Of a stretch of 64,000 nucleotides of DNA, positions 12,001-24,400 are shown in pieces. Numbering within the stretch: position 1 is the stretch's first letter; every line of letters begins with the position of its first letter. The notes below the pieces were generated by a model. That model was given only the letters and a program-made list of their open reading frames with translations. It had not been told where the DNA came from and searched no databases. Position numbers and translations under genes: made by a program. The stretch is from Yuukianura sp. NJ FZ-2021 (taxonomy: Eukaryota). The stretch is from contig CM102286.1 of the NCBI GenBank assembly GCA_046563655.1, positions 10,664,001 to 10,728,000 of the forward strand. The letters are read 5' to 3'.

Positions 12001-15000
12001 ACTTCGTATGTCGTCCCAGGTTTTGTAAAAAATATGAAACCTCAGGAGACCTCCTTCGCCTCAAAGACACAAATGTTAGGTAAGGGTTTCAATGTTACTA
12101 AATAAAGACTTTTGAAGTTTCATTTAATCTTCGTCAGCAGAATTTATTGTTTTTCTACTACACGGGGGAATAACGAAGTCGCTATGCTCACCGAAAAAAA
12201 CAGTTATCAAAAATCAATCTACAACGAAACGCTACGAGTTCCATGTAACTTGTGAAGATGTCCAGAAAAAGTCTTCACATTTTATTATTGGTCAGTGAAC
12301 CAAAATTAAGCAATTAAATATGTAAAGATGACAAGCTACTATCAGACACAATATTTTATAATACTGTACTTGTTACCAGTACGCGACAACGGTTTGTAAC
12401 AATACTTTGTAAAAACTCCAACCGTGAAATAAGAAAACTTAATTCCTTTTTTCACTCAGGAACTTTTCTGCAAAATTTCGACATTGAGTGACAGCAAATT
12501 AAATTTTGCAAATGCTCAGTAAGTGACAAATTTTAATTTCTTCCTGGCAGGAGGATGTGAATGATTACCCAATGAAGTTTTAATCGGAAGACATCAATCG
12601 AATATCTTCATTTATAAATCAATCCGAGAAACTGTCAAAAAACCTGCAAGTAATTCAATGACTTTGCTTCCAAGTGTTTGTGCTTATGCGTAACTCCGAT
12701 TTAGTGTTGTTATCAGCAAGTATTTTAATCAGCTTTCCAATTCCAATCCTCCTAAACCACTGAATCATTTTTTTTTCTGCAAAGTCTCTCCCGCATAGTA
12801 TAGGGTTTCCGTCGTATAACTTGCTCAGAGTGAGAACCTTCGAATCAATAGGTTAGTGAGGCCATCCACGAGTAGGTTCATGTGAACCTGACGACCTTTG
12901 ACCTTTGACCATCCGATGTTAAAATTTTGTAGCTTAGGACATGTTTATGTGTTACAAATTTTACATTTTACAAACTCTTCGGTCGGTTTGTGAGAACTTT
13001 TCCGCTTCAGATTCAACCTCGATATATTGGTTGGTACTAAAGCTCAGTTTTTCAGGCACTTGGGACAGCACAGTTGAAATCCTTGTACTTGCAGTACATA
13101 TTTTTAAAGGGCTAATTTCAAAACAAAGCCTGGGAATAAAACTATACATCGTCTGGGTATTAGAGGTCAAACTCAACCACGCCCTAGGAAGAATCCCGTC
13201 GAAATGCAAACACGTTAGAAATTTAAATGCTCTTTAAATAAATGATTTTATACAAGGGTGTTATAATTTAATTTGAATATTCCGGAACATCCCATTTTGG
13301 ATGAGTCAAGCCTAGAGCCAAATTCACACCACGATTCTTACCACATGATGAATTGTTCTCATGAAATCTCCCACGACTCTAATAGACTAAAGACCTCAAG
13401 TGCAAGCACATCGATGGCTCCAGTACGAATTATTCACTCGCTAAAAAAATTCAAGTACCAGACGTAAGTCATTAAAAATGAATGGGATGCAGGAATGAAA
13501 GTTAATATTTAAGCAAGTGTCCAAATAGGGAAAGGCTGTAGGAAATTATAGTATCTCTGGAATTACCAGCTCATTTCTTCACACGTTCCATGTAATATAT
13601 GATGAGGTGCAATGGAAAGGGAGGAGGGGGAATGAAGGTCAAAGGTTATTCAAAAGAAGATGAGCAGATAACCTCTATAAGGTGTCATTACTGAGGTCTG
13701 TACAAGGAAATGGAATGGCGCTATGGTTCAAAATGAAACATTTCCCTTGGAAAAAGCTCAAAAATTCTTCTGAAGACGTTAGCACCAACTCCTATAGATT
13801 AGTTTTTTTTGAAAATGACCAAGGGTTGGAGATGAAAGTAGATTTAAAACTACCCTGGGTACTTGAGGGACCAGTGGAATAAGTATAGGGACTTGGAAGA
13901 TGGTTGGAATCGTGAAGTGCCCTACCATCTGCTTGTTCTGGGAATTGAAGACAGAAATTACGTTCCAAAAATCATTACTTCATCTGCAGTGGTACAACTT
14001 CAGATAGGAAATAACTTGTAACTTGTAAGTAAAAGGGGCTAACTACTGCTATATTCTTGTTCCATTCCTTCCAAAAACTTCTCATTTCCAAAAACGCCAA
14101 ACTTTGGAGATGCATCAACATTGACATTGAACTTGAAGAAACGTTGCCATTCACCTCCACATAATCAATTTCCACAAAAGTCTAAATTCCTGACGTTGTT
14201 TCTGGCAACACGTAACCCCCGGAAATAAATTACAGGAAGTGTGTAGAAGTAGGTTCAAGTTATTTCATACTAAAACGCATAAAGTCCGCTTGAACAAGAG
14301 TCATTGTTCTGAATGTGACGGTTTCCCGTTATTATCAAACCCAAAAAGAAGAAAAATGGAGAAAGTTGTGAACTTACAGAAATGATTTCCTGGAGATCGG
14401 TAACGTAGACTCTCTCTGTCTCTACGATTTCCATCACGACGCGATCCATGTAGCTGAGATTGGGGTCGTACAACTTCTGTTTCCCCTGGACAGTCATTGG
14501 ATACGAGATACGTGATCGTACGGAATCAACACAGTCTGAAAAGAAAAAGAAAAAACGACATAAACATCTCAAGCATGCAATTCCGCCATCGATTGCCGCT
14601 CCCTTTTCAAATTGAACAATCAAAAATATCAGCTTAGAATCTGTGGTTGTAAAGTGATTCACCAGCAATACAAAATAACAATTTAATCATCATCAAACCC
14701 AAAGTGAAAGCTGGACGATTGGAGGAAGTAGCTATAAAAATGGAAATTTAAAAATCTATCGCCTCTAAAATCCTTATTTGATTCATTTTAGAGATTAAAT
14801 TATTTTAAATAATCACTATTTTAAATATAGTGGAATTTTGGATACGGAAGATAAGCGTGACGACCGGAATTAGTACATTATGTGTTGGATGTATGAAAAA
14901 GTATCGAAAACAACATTTTTTAGCAACATTTTTGTAAAAAATGTCGTTTCCAACACTTTCTGCACGTTTTTTGAATGCAAAATTCTTAACTTTCCATATT

Positions 15001-18000
15001 TGTCTTGGTATTCACACAGTTTAAATCCATTTTCGGCAAGGGTTGAACGTCTCAAGTCAAAGTGTAACAAAAGTTGACGCTTGCTGCTCGCCCTCATTGC
15101 GTAACCTGTTTTTTTTTTCACTTACTACAAAAATTCCTAATAGAGTTCAACGCATTTTAATTTCAAATGAGAGGTTTCCTATGACACTCTGTGAACTTGA
15201 CAACACGCATGTCCCGCCCGCATTCCCCATAAACCAGTTTCATTAAGTCAAATTGGACGACGGAACTGAGCAGTCAAGTAGAGGGATCCGCATGACTGAA
15301 TAATAAATGGACTTCATACTAACGTTCCATGCTACTGCAGCAGAGGGATGAAGTTATTCAATAGCTCATTTTCCTCTGTGTTCATAATGGATCCAGAGAA
15401 AGTCAGCTTTCTCCCAAATGCATTCGCTTTGTTTCTCCCGTTGGTTGGCTATCCAGTTCTTTCCTCATGTTAAAACATAAGCAAGATCTCCCACGGCAAT
15501 TTGTTCAGTCTGGACCCATTACTCGTACGTCCTCACTCCCCCTTATTCCATTTTTCCATTTAAACAGGGACACCCGCGTCGATACTCCCCCGTACTACTT
15601 ACAGTAGAACATTGGGAAAACGAAATGGCTACGGGTGAATAGCTCTCGGAAGTAAAAGAAAACATTGTGAGGCGTCAAGAGCTTAGGACGTGGACTTTCT
15701 ATCGGAAAAATAAAAATACTGACGATGCAGCATTCCATAGGTCGATATTTATTTAGCAATTCAAGAAAAACGGGAATGCAAGTTTCGTAGAAAACTCAAG
15801 CTTTCAAGAAAAACTTGAGTGAGGGAAATGGAACTTCAAAAAACCCGGGTAGAACAACCGCTTCACGCTTCCGCTTCTGAACTTGAGCGAATCAATACCA
15901 ATGTAACCTCTGTCGAACAAAACCTTTGCACATGAAGTATGCAACAACGAGCCTGGAATCCCTGCATTTTGTGTCCAATTCTCATTTTGGAAAACTTTCT
16001 CAAATACTTTCCCAAACAAAAGTGATCGTCCATAAACTGGCAGTACGGCCATAGACTGCAGAGACAGCAAATTCCAGAGTAAGAAAAAATCAAAGCAGAG
16101 CCACAAATTCTTTGCTGTGTGAGCAATTTCTTCAAAAACCGAAATATTTTCTAAAGTTTCGGTCGTTTCAAATCTGAACCGGAACATACTTTGGAAGTGA
16201 AAACTTGGAATGACTCAAAAGTTAAGTAAAACGCAGCTTGGAACACATCTTGACTTGGTTCTGTTCAACCCAAGACGTTCCACGTCAACTTCCTCTACTT
16301 CCTGTGTCTGACTTAACAGGAAGACATAGTCTACGGCCATAAGAACAAGAATAATAAACCGATTCAGTTCATAAACTAAAACGACATGATAATAACAATT
16401 CTTTTTGAACTTTAACGATAAGACACTCAATACCTTCCTAATGGTTTCAATTTTCAATGAAAATTTTAAAATGAAAAACTCATTACTACGCTACACTGCT
16501 GCACCCTTTAAGCGTGTTTAACATTCATTGCAGCTTCTCTGCACTTTCAGATTAATTAACCTTGTCAGTAATAAGCAAACATATGGACACAATTACTGAG
16601 TAATCATTACCTTTTATGGCCTTCTTCCACGTTAGCATTTCGCATTTTACGCACTACGGGGGCTGGAAAACGTGTCACCCAACTGGATTTCAATGAGCAA
16701 TTCCAGTCAGTTTGGCAGTAAATAAAAACACGCTAAAAGCTTCTCTTTCGCAGTTTAAACTTTAAAAGGTCAAAATCCTGCAGAGTTTAATCGTTTTCAA
16801 AGCTAAGCTAACAACAACATTGCGCCGTGCAACTGTCTATTTTGCTAAGTGGTTAAAAATGTAAATTTATTCCTTTGAATTTCAATACTATAAATTGGAA
16901 AGTATTGAGAAAGTGCAACCAGAGCGTGACACTTGGAAGCACGTTCCAATTGAAATGTAAAGAAGCATGCGAAGGGGTTGCATTGTTGCGTAAAAGGATG
17001 ATCTCCACCGCACAACTATAAATAAATCGGTTCCTCTTCTTTGTTTGGTCACTGCTAGACATTGTAGGGTGCAACTGTCAAAGGGTGGAACCCCAAATAA
17101 TGTGACCTCTGACTCTGACCCCATGAATCTTATCTTATTAGCCCCATTACTTTCTCTGTCCTTAACTAAATTGGGTCTACCTCATAAAACGAAAATGGAC
17201 TTTGTGTCCTACATGCTACATTTTTTAAAGACGCTCTAGAACTTACCTACCCACGCCCTCGAGATAAATCATTTCAATTGACCCTCTTAACATTCATCAA
17301 GATCTTTAAATTGATGTAAGTTTGTGTTGTGGTATGGAATGCATGCCTCCAAGTACTAAACATTCAACACTACACGAGTAAAAGTACATGAATACTTTCT
17401 ATTTCAGCCATTTCTATGGTTCTACTTCAAAACTTACGACTTTCTTGAGGTGTGTTTGGATTTGTTGATTATAAATTCATGCACTTTTCATGTTAAAGTC
17501 TAACATAAACTTTTTCTTACCCGTGTAGAAAGAACTCTAGGTAACATAATGTATTAAACAGCCCTAAGCTTAAGCAGTTGCTTAACCAGGGATTCATTCT
17601 ACTTAAATTATCAGTGCGATTCCAAATACAGGCAAACTCGTTTCTTTCTCGCCCTACATTGTGTCACACAGGGACACAACTGTATCTGATGCAACTGAAT
17701 AAGTTATTTATTAAAAAGCCAAAGAAAGTCATAAGTTGGTGACTGAAAGGAGCAGCCATTTCATAAAAGGAATAGAATAGAAAAGTAAACAATGGAAAAG
17801 AGCCTTGAATGAACAAAACTATCTATCAGACCATTTCTTTGTTTACAACTAAAGTGCAGCAGTAGGCTCTGCACTGTCTTCCTTTGATCTTCATGATGCA
17901 ACTTATTTGCCTCCCTAAATAGGAAAGAGGAGCACTGGAATGATTCAACAGAAGTTTACACAAAACCTCCTTCATGTAATATATTTTCAGCTCACCAAAA

Positions 18001-19248
18001 CGTGGAGACGAATAATTTTACGCAACCTGAGCACCATTTCTGCCTCAATATGAATATTCTTAATTAAGTTCGAACGTAACCACTTCAAGTCGTTGCATTT
18101 CAGGCGTAGCTGTTTGCAGCAACTAACGAAAAACTAAACAGCCCTTTCCACGCTTTCATCAAGTTAGGCTTCCAAGCTAAACCAAAATTCCAAAAACTTG
18201 TTTGAGCTATACAATTAAATCACGAGCGCATTAAATCACAGGTATTAAATTAATATTTTCCAAAAAATATCTTCTACGATAAATTTTCAAAAAAAAAATC
18301 CAAAGCCTTTTACTGGGTTTAGTTTTTCTAGCAGCTTATTGCTGCATGTTTTACGGTGTACTTTGCGCGTTTGCCTAGCGCATACTCCCTAAAACAGCAT
18401 ATTCTAAAGAGTAATGACACAAAATTTTTCTAGTACAAAATCTTTTGAGAATTCTTTTAAGTAACATACTAATATAATTAAAATAAGTAAATGATTGTTA
18501 CCTTTACTAGAAGATGTAAGTAAGCACCTTTCAGTTCCGCCCTCTTCTAATGGCGTCGTCCCTTTGGCACAGTCATGTCTGGAAGTCGAATTCTCTTCGT
18601 CATCACTCAAGTTTCTTAAGATGTCATCTTCTTCTTCAGGCGAAGCTTTCGGAGCCTTCCGCTCCCCAAGTGTCATGTTACTACTCAATGAAGTAGAGGA
18701 CTCGGAAGAACACGAAGAGTTGGACGTAGATGAAAACGTAGAATTGACTGAAAGTGGACGTTGATGAAGCGGTGACTTCGTTTGGCTCGGTTTAGCTTTC
18801 CCATTCTCCGATGGTGTTCGATTGGAGGATTTGTCCGTAATTCTTGATGACCATTTGGAAAAACTGCGACTCAGAAGACCAAATTTATACTGTTGCGATG
18901 GAGCGATAGAACTTGAATTATTCTTTGGCAGAAGGAGGGGGCTCTGTGACCCTGGCTTGAGTCCATTGTTTTCTCTTCCATTTGCAGACTTTGTACTTTT
19001 GAATGATTCGGCGGAACTTGGAGGTTTGGGCATTTGCATTGTTGAAGATTCTACTTCGACCACCGTGCTGGAATTCACTCTCAATAAATTACTGTTAGTT
19101 TCCTGTGCCGAAGTCATTGTGGTCATTGTCTCCGAAGAGCCCTCATGCAGTGACTCTGTAATTTGTGACTGGTTGCTTCTACCATGCGCCTCTGCAATGA
19201 GCGTATCATATATCGTCAGAAGAGTCGGAACCAAGTCACTTGATGAAC
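1..19248 (-). CDS. Multi-exon DH-PH Rho guanine nucleotide exchange factor, PLEKHG1/2/3 (GEFmeso/UIG-1) family; continues beyond the left edge, 5' exons not located
   Basis: GT-AG exons at approx 18502-19248 (Ser-rich), 14378-14535 (DRVVMEIVETERVYVTDLQEI), 10622-10728, 10206-10322 (FSVYTQYCTQYP), 8304-8454 ([22 protein letters not shown]), 7658-7819 (AHHINDMKRRHEHAVRVQEIQ), 1108-1263 (PH: RHIFLFDRMLLITKK), 567-600, 411-472, 180-309 and 1-73; phases are compatible. Confidence 0.9.
1475..2442 (-). pseudogene. Decayed coding fragment, possibly BTB/BACK-like, interrupted by the hAT insertion
   Basis: ORFs 2000-2212, 1787-1996 and 1475-1786 are in one frame, separated by single stops. Fragments EDF-PFLDAF, NAAHLM and LINNAETVVALRFEE, and SDLEL across the insertion (~7360-7390), loosely resemble BTB/BACK. 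Confidence 0.35.
3231..3629. mobile_element. Degenerate MITE nested in the hAT element
   Basis: CAGTGTTGCTGGAT ... ATCCAGCAACACT ends; internal CTGGATATCCAGTGGA motif occurs twice; related end at ~10572-10590. Confidence 0.45.
3964..5506 (+). mobile_element. Non-autonomous Helentron/DINE-1-like element, split by a MITE
   Basis: ATCTAC...GTAGAT ends, short internal tandem repeats (4095-4200), GGTCAAAGGTCA motifs, AAATCGGTCCAGTAGTTTC core followed by an (AC)n/ACAG microsatellite; same architecture as the 44.7-45.06 kb and 50.8-52.3 kb copies. Confidence 0.6.
4555..5454. mobile_element. PIF/Harbinger-like MITE (900 bp)
   Basis: Ends GGGACTATTTCACCACTTT / AAAGTGGTGAAATACACCC, ~100-bp imperfect TIR, 3-bp CAG (CWG) TSD at 4552-4554 and 5455-5457. 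Confidence 0.75.
5896..6507 (+). CDS. 203-aa protein with two tandem ~90-aa repeats; possible circularly permuted GIY-YIG/T5orf172-like domain; cargo of the hAT element
   Basis: Intact ORF; internal duplication (IRTGAT..GYRGTMHYAKT..DRLL..SNVKSEEGFVYII vs IESGTT..GRRGTLYYADT..NRFL..SNVESE..PGYVYVL); putative 62-nt 5'UTR intron 5810-5871; AATAAA at ~6805. Confidence 0.75.
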   Translation: MSGNKTLKLEPSTINDLLAIAPKSEAIRTGATKHPKNRAAVYKHFGYRGTMHYAKTDDMKREEDRLLSMKEWPNNNHTTSNVKSEEGFVYIIVGTVLGCTESTVGANDGAIPIEKVKQKILYEIGEIGGIESGTTVSCEQKAKRLWNDGRRGTLYYADTQNAEKAGNRFLNLGLGSNVESESSEPPGYVYVLADLSSLWRNKL

Positions 19249-20662
19249 CTACGGAATCACACAGGAAAAAATGAAAATAAACATAAGTTTCCCTTGAACT
19301 TGATTAACCTTGGGAAGAACCATATTTGAAAAGTGGTCAATATTTACACTCTAATGGACGAAGTACATTGACTCGACATGTGTGGAGAATCGTTTGTTTT
19401 GGGCATGACATGGCATACAGATGAGCCCCCTGATAACTGAAATGCTAATCTTCAGGGGTTGTGTAACAACAAATTTTCATTTTTTTCAGAAGTTTTTTTA
19501 CGCAATGTGTTTTTCCCTGTATGGAATGAAATCTGAAACCGTATGTCACTGCCTAGTCACAAAATTTCAGCAAGTTGACACAAGAGAAATAGTTGTCACA
19601 AATCAAAATCAAAATTTTAATTTAAAAAAAATAACGCAACAAGCTACTAGCTTTCAAAAAATCATTAACAGTCCAAAAAAAATTAACGCGTCTTAAAACA
19701 AAAACCAAAGCAATTATTTTGAATTACCATTTTAAACACCAGTGCTGAGTCAGCAGACATGAAAAAATGGAATTGCACAAGCACGAATCAAACTAACTGC
19801 TCAATTTCACTGATTTGACAAATTAAAATCTCAAAATACCCCATATCAAGATTTGAGACTTGCAGAATTAGCAGACTTGTATTGAGACATACCGTGACAA
19901 ATTATATAAGTGTCAGGGTTAACTTTTCTCACCTTCAGGGTCAACCAAACCTCATCTTGTTCTAAACTAAGGTTGAACAATAACTAGTTTTGGAAAGTAG
20001 GAGTGGATGATCATCCGACGAAGGCCAGATGAACACAACTGAATCCTAAAATCCTAGGAACAGGATTATTGTCAACCCAACAAGGAGTTCGGGATTTATT
20101 TGTGACACTTCAAAGGGATCAGGGACCCCTTCCCTCTGCAAATTGAAACCAAAGGACCCGGGTTTCAACAAAAGCAGCTTCAAGGATCCATTCATTAGGT
20201 TAGTCGCCCTTCGCTACGCTTTGAGCAAGAGGAAACGCAGAAGCGAAAGGAAGTGTCAAGACCTTGGAAACATTCGGTAGCCATGATGCAGAGCAGCTTG
20301 AAACTAAATTATCCCTAAAACAAATATTAAATTAACAAAACTTTATTATGATCATAATTCTCCCCTTCTCATATGTGTTCCTTCCTTTGAACCAAATTCA
20401 GTTAGAATCTTGTATCATCAAAAAACTCAAAACCTTGAAACTTACGCAATACATGTGAAATATTACAAAAGTTTTTAATCTGCGAACTAAATTTAAAGCA
20501 AATTACTTCAAATTGCTGAGTAGCTCTTCCATCATCCTTTGTACTTATATCTAGATGCAGTGGCGCTTTAATCTGTAGAATCTAGAGTAGATCTTCTGAA
20601 AAGCTCTTTCTAATTGTACTTCCACTTTAAATTTTGCATTAAAACGTCAAAAAGCATTCTAA

Positions 20663-21469
20663 AGGGGTTCTCACGGCTCAAAAAAGAATCCGATTCTTTT
20701 TAAAAGCGATTCTTTTTTTCTCGGTTTATAATCCGCCTCCGTGAGTGGACCGTTTCCGCCAGAGATTATAATCAGTTTCTTTGCGGCGGTGATAGGAATT
20801 TGCAAATTAGTAAATAACCTATACGTCAACGTCAATAGTTGAGTGGAGTCCAATAATTGTTTATTTGATTATGACTTATAAAACAATTAAGGATTGTCCC
20901 CAAAGGGTGACCAGGGTTAATGAAGGAGTTAGTGGTTACTGGTTTGGTTAGTTTCATTGGCTGAAAAATAACTGTTGGGTGAAAGGTATCAGCCTGAAAT
21001 CGTAATATTTACGATGCATGATTTAACAGAACTACTGGACACTGGAGTTGTTGAACACTTATGGATACATGCAAACAAGGACACCAGTTCCTAAAAGTAA
21101 CCATTGGCTGGAAACCACACTGCCAAGGTCACCCTTCGTCTCAACCATCACTGTTTTAGTTTGATTTGTCCATTTGAACGACGATGGAGTGACCGCACTA
21201 TCACTGAAGGGTGGGCAAGCCTTTGGCTTGACAGTTAGTTAGATATAGTAACTAATTAAACTAAATCTAACAACTAAAAACCTAAAAACTTTGAAACCCG
21301 AATGAGAGAGACAGAGAGAATCGGATTCTTTTGAAAAAGAACCACTCCAAAGAGGTTCCGAGGAAAAAGGGATTATAATCCACTTTTTGAATTTCGCGCC
21401 CGAAAAAAAAGAACCGATTCTGAAAAAGAATCGGATTCTGGATTATAATCCACCACCGTGAGAACCCCT
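20663..21469. mobile_element. ~800-bp non-autonomous TIR element (MITE), superfamily uncertain
   Basis: TIR AGGGGTTCTCACGG / CCGTGAGAACCCCT; flanking 7-bp duplication ATTCTAA (20656-20662, 21470-21476); subterminal AAAGAATCCGATTCTTT and GATTATAATC palindromes. Confidence 0.8.
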
Positions 21470-24400
21470 ATTCTAATCTTCCTGATCCATATTGTTTGCC
21501 TTGATGAGAGGATTTGAGAGCGTTTCAAAGTTTCAATTTCATAAAGTTCTAAATTCCATAAAAGGACTTACTTACTTGCTCGAAAGTCGGAACTTTAAAA
21601 TTAAAAATAATGAAAGTGATATTTTAAAATGAACAAGGTTAAACGAAAATTTTACATGCAGTGCTAATTATAACTACACTTTTCAAGTCGTGTGAATAAT
21701 CAATAGATTTGAGTGGCAGCTATAAATAGTTACTTCAAAAATCCGATTTATGTTATAAGTATAGTTATAAGATTTGGTTGTGACACAAGCGCTTGTTTTA
21801 AACCCAACGTTATGCTGTCATATTATGTCCATCCGGATCGCAGCATAGTACTGGAGAAGACCATCAGAGAAAATTAATTTTAGAAAGTTGGTGCTTTATC
21901 GTAATTAGAGTTATCATGTGTGAGTAGATGGCCAGGTCGTGTCCGCAGCTTGACATGACTGGATGAAGAGTGAAAGTAAATACTTTCTAGAAATGACAAG
22001 GTGGGATTTGGATGAAAGCGTCTGAATGGCACACGCCACAGTTGATTTGGCCTGGGTCAACAGGATCAGCAGATGTTTTTGAGTAGAGAAAGTAATGGAG
22101 TTACCCTATGTTGAAGGCAGATGCTCAGATGCATCCTTGTTTGGAAAATAAACACGGCAAAGCCACTTCCAGAAACAACTCCATAAAATCAAACTCAAAA
22201 TACATCTTCTTCAAGTTTTACACTCTCTGTGCCAGTACTCGTAGTCTCAGCAGAACCACAGTGCTGGAAATTGCAGTTTCCAAATGTTTGGGTACGCCGC
22301 AACAAATTCGTTTCAAGCGGTGAACTTATGTCTTTTTTTTTTTTTTTTTGCAAAACGTAGAAAAAGCTTTGGAAGCAGGCATTACATGAGCAAAGCTCAT
22401 ATTTTTCAGGACTGACTTTTCTTTGCCGACAAAACGTTTCTCTTTGCTACTATAAAACGACGGACGCTGCTGATAGCTTTAACTTAAAAAATAATATGAT
22501 TGATTATTGAGTCGAAATTCTTACAATGCGCGAATCTTGAAAAATTTTCGCATTCTCATTGTGATGCCTGAAAAGACATATTGTGAAGATATGTCGGAAA
22601 TCAATGCCAAACGTACAAAGGGCTCATGGCCTGTGGGCATTTACTTTTAGAAGTACGGTTCGTTAAAACGGGTAATTTGTGAAGTTTTAGCTCATCCACA
22701 CACCGGAAACTGATATATTTGGTAGAAAATTCTTAGAACGATTGAAACCGTGTAGAGCCGGAAAAGTCGCTTTTCATCCAGTTTCGCGTTATGTACCGGG
22801 AAACATGATCAGGTTTACGCTTTTCGCACGAAGTCTATCATGATACCATTCATTTCCTCTAGTATTTGTTTCAGGCTACGTAACTACTGGGAAAGTGACC
22901 GTTAATTACGTTGGATATCTCACTAATTACCTTCCATTTCCAACGAAACTAACCCGAATCTAAACTCGCTTAATAATCCACTTATGAATGTTGCTGTTTC
23001 TACTGCATTCCTCAAACAAGTCCGACGGAATTATTATGTTTTTTTTCCTCTTTTCAAAACAAAACTAATTTTTTATTTTGAGAGAAGAAGGATGGTTAAT
23101 AGTAGTAGATCGGGAACCTCAAATTCACAAGTAAATAACAACAATTCTCAATTAGTAATTAATTATACTTAGCTTCCTTAAGAATACATTTCCGGCAAAA
23201 GAAAAAGCATCTTCAGCTAAAAATTCTAGCAAGGGTCCACATCCAAGTTAATACTCTGAGAAACAACATTAACTCAAACGAGTGCGTAGAACGCTAAATA
23301 ATTACCGTTTGGAAGCCTCGATAAAATCAAATATGTAATTATTCAACTTTAAAAATCCTTTACACGTACAAAAACAAATTAAAAAAGAAACTAATTATAC
23401 ATAACACTCCCACTTGAAACGTGGGACAAAAATGCCTAAAGTTTTATAAATGTGCCAGAAACTACGTCAAAATAACAACGTTTGGGTTAAATCACTATAA
23501 TTAACTGAGGTGAAAATTATTCCGCATTTCACGGTTCAAAAGCCCCAAAACATAACATACAGGCACTCTGTTACTAGGTAACACAGCACTTTCGCTCCTT
23601 TCCTTGAGCTCCTTACATCTTTGTCTACGACGCTAAAACTCTTTCGCACGTATAATCAATCCAATTAAAAAACCTAATATAATTTATTGAAAAGGAAGCA
23701 ATGAAATTACATGTCCATAAAGTTAACAGTTAAAAACCTTCCTCGTACGTATTTTATTTTCAATGTCAACGAAACCATAACAATTGCTCAAAAGTTAAAC
23801 ACCTTAACTGAACTTCCTCCATAATCATCTCCTAATCCTCAGCGTCTTAACGGAAAATTCACGCCATTTTACGCAACATTTGTTTCCGTATAAAAACATG
23901 GAATTCCCTCTTAACTTAAATTCACACCCCAATAGGAGCATGCTCCTATGCTTCATGCATCAAGCACAAAAAAAAACAGTTTAGCTTTGAAACGGCTCAA
24001 GTCGTTTTGTCAGAAATACCAGAATTGAGGAAAGAATTTCGATGTGAATCTTGCTAAAAATACCGAAATAATTTCTGACACCGCCATTTGCGTTCTTTAA
24101 CAGCGGAGTTTAAATGAATTTTTAAAAAATGCTTAGGCGGGATAAAAACATAAATCAAGGCTGCAAAGATAACGGGAAAACATTCTCCAAATGGTGTTCC
24201 GTGGCTGGCTGGAGAAAACCTCGTTATTAAAGCAAAGCTGAGGCTAAAGCTTATTCGTTCAGAAATTCTAATGTCCGATACCAAACATAGAAATCCACTT
24301 TCATTAAGCCCAAGGTCCCGTAATAACAATCTCACACTCAAAATTTATTGCAACTTTCCATATTTTCCTAACGTATACTTGGAAGTATAAGTTTGTCTGA

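Noticed and set aside
18495..19274. Plus-strand 89-aa and 150-aa ORFs
   Set aside because: Antisense shadows of the Ser-rich RhoGEF exon
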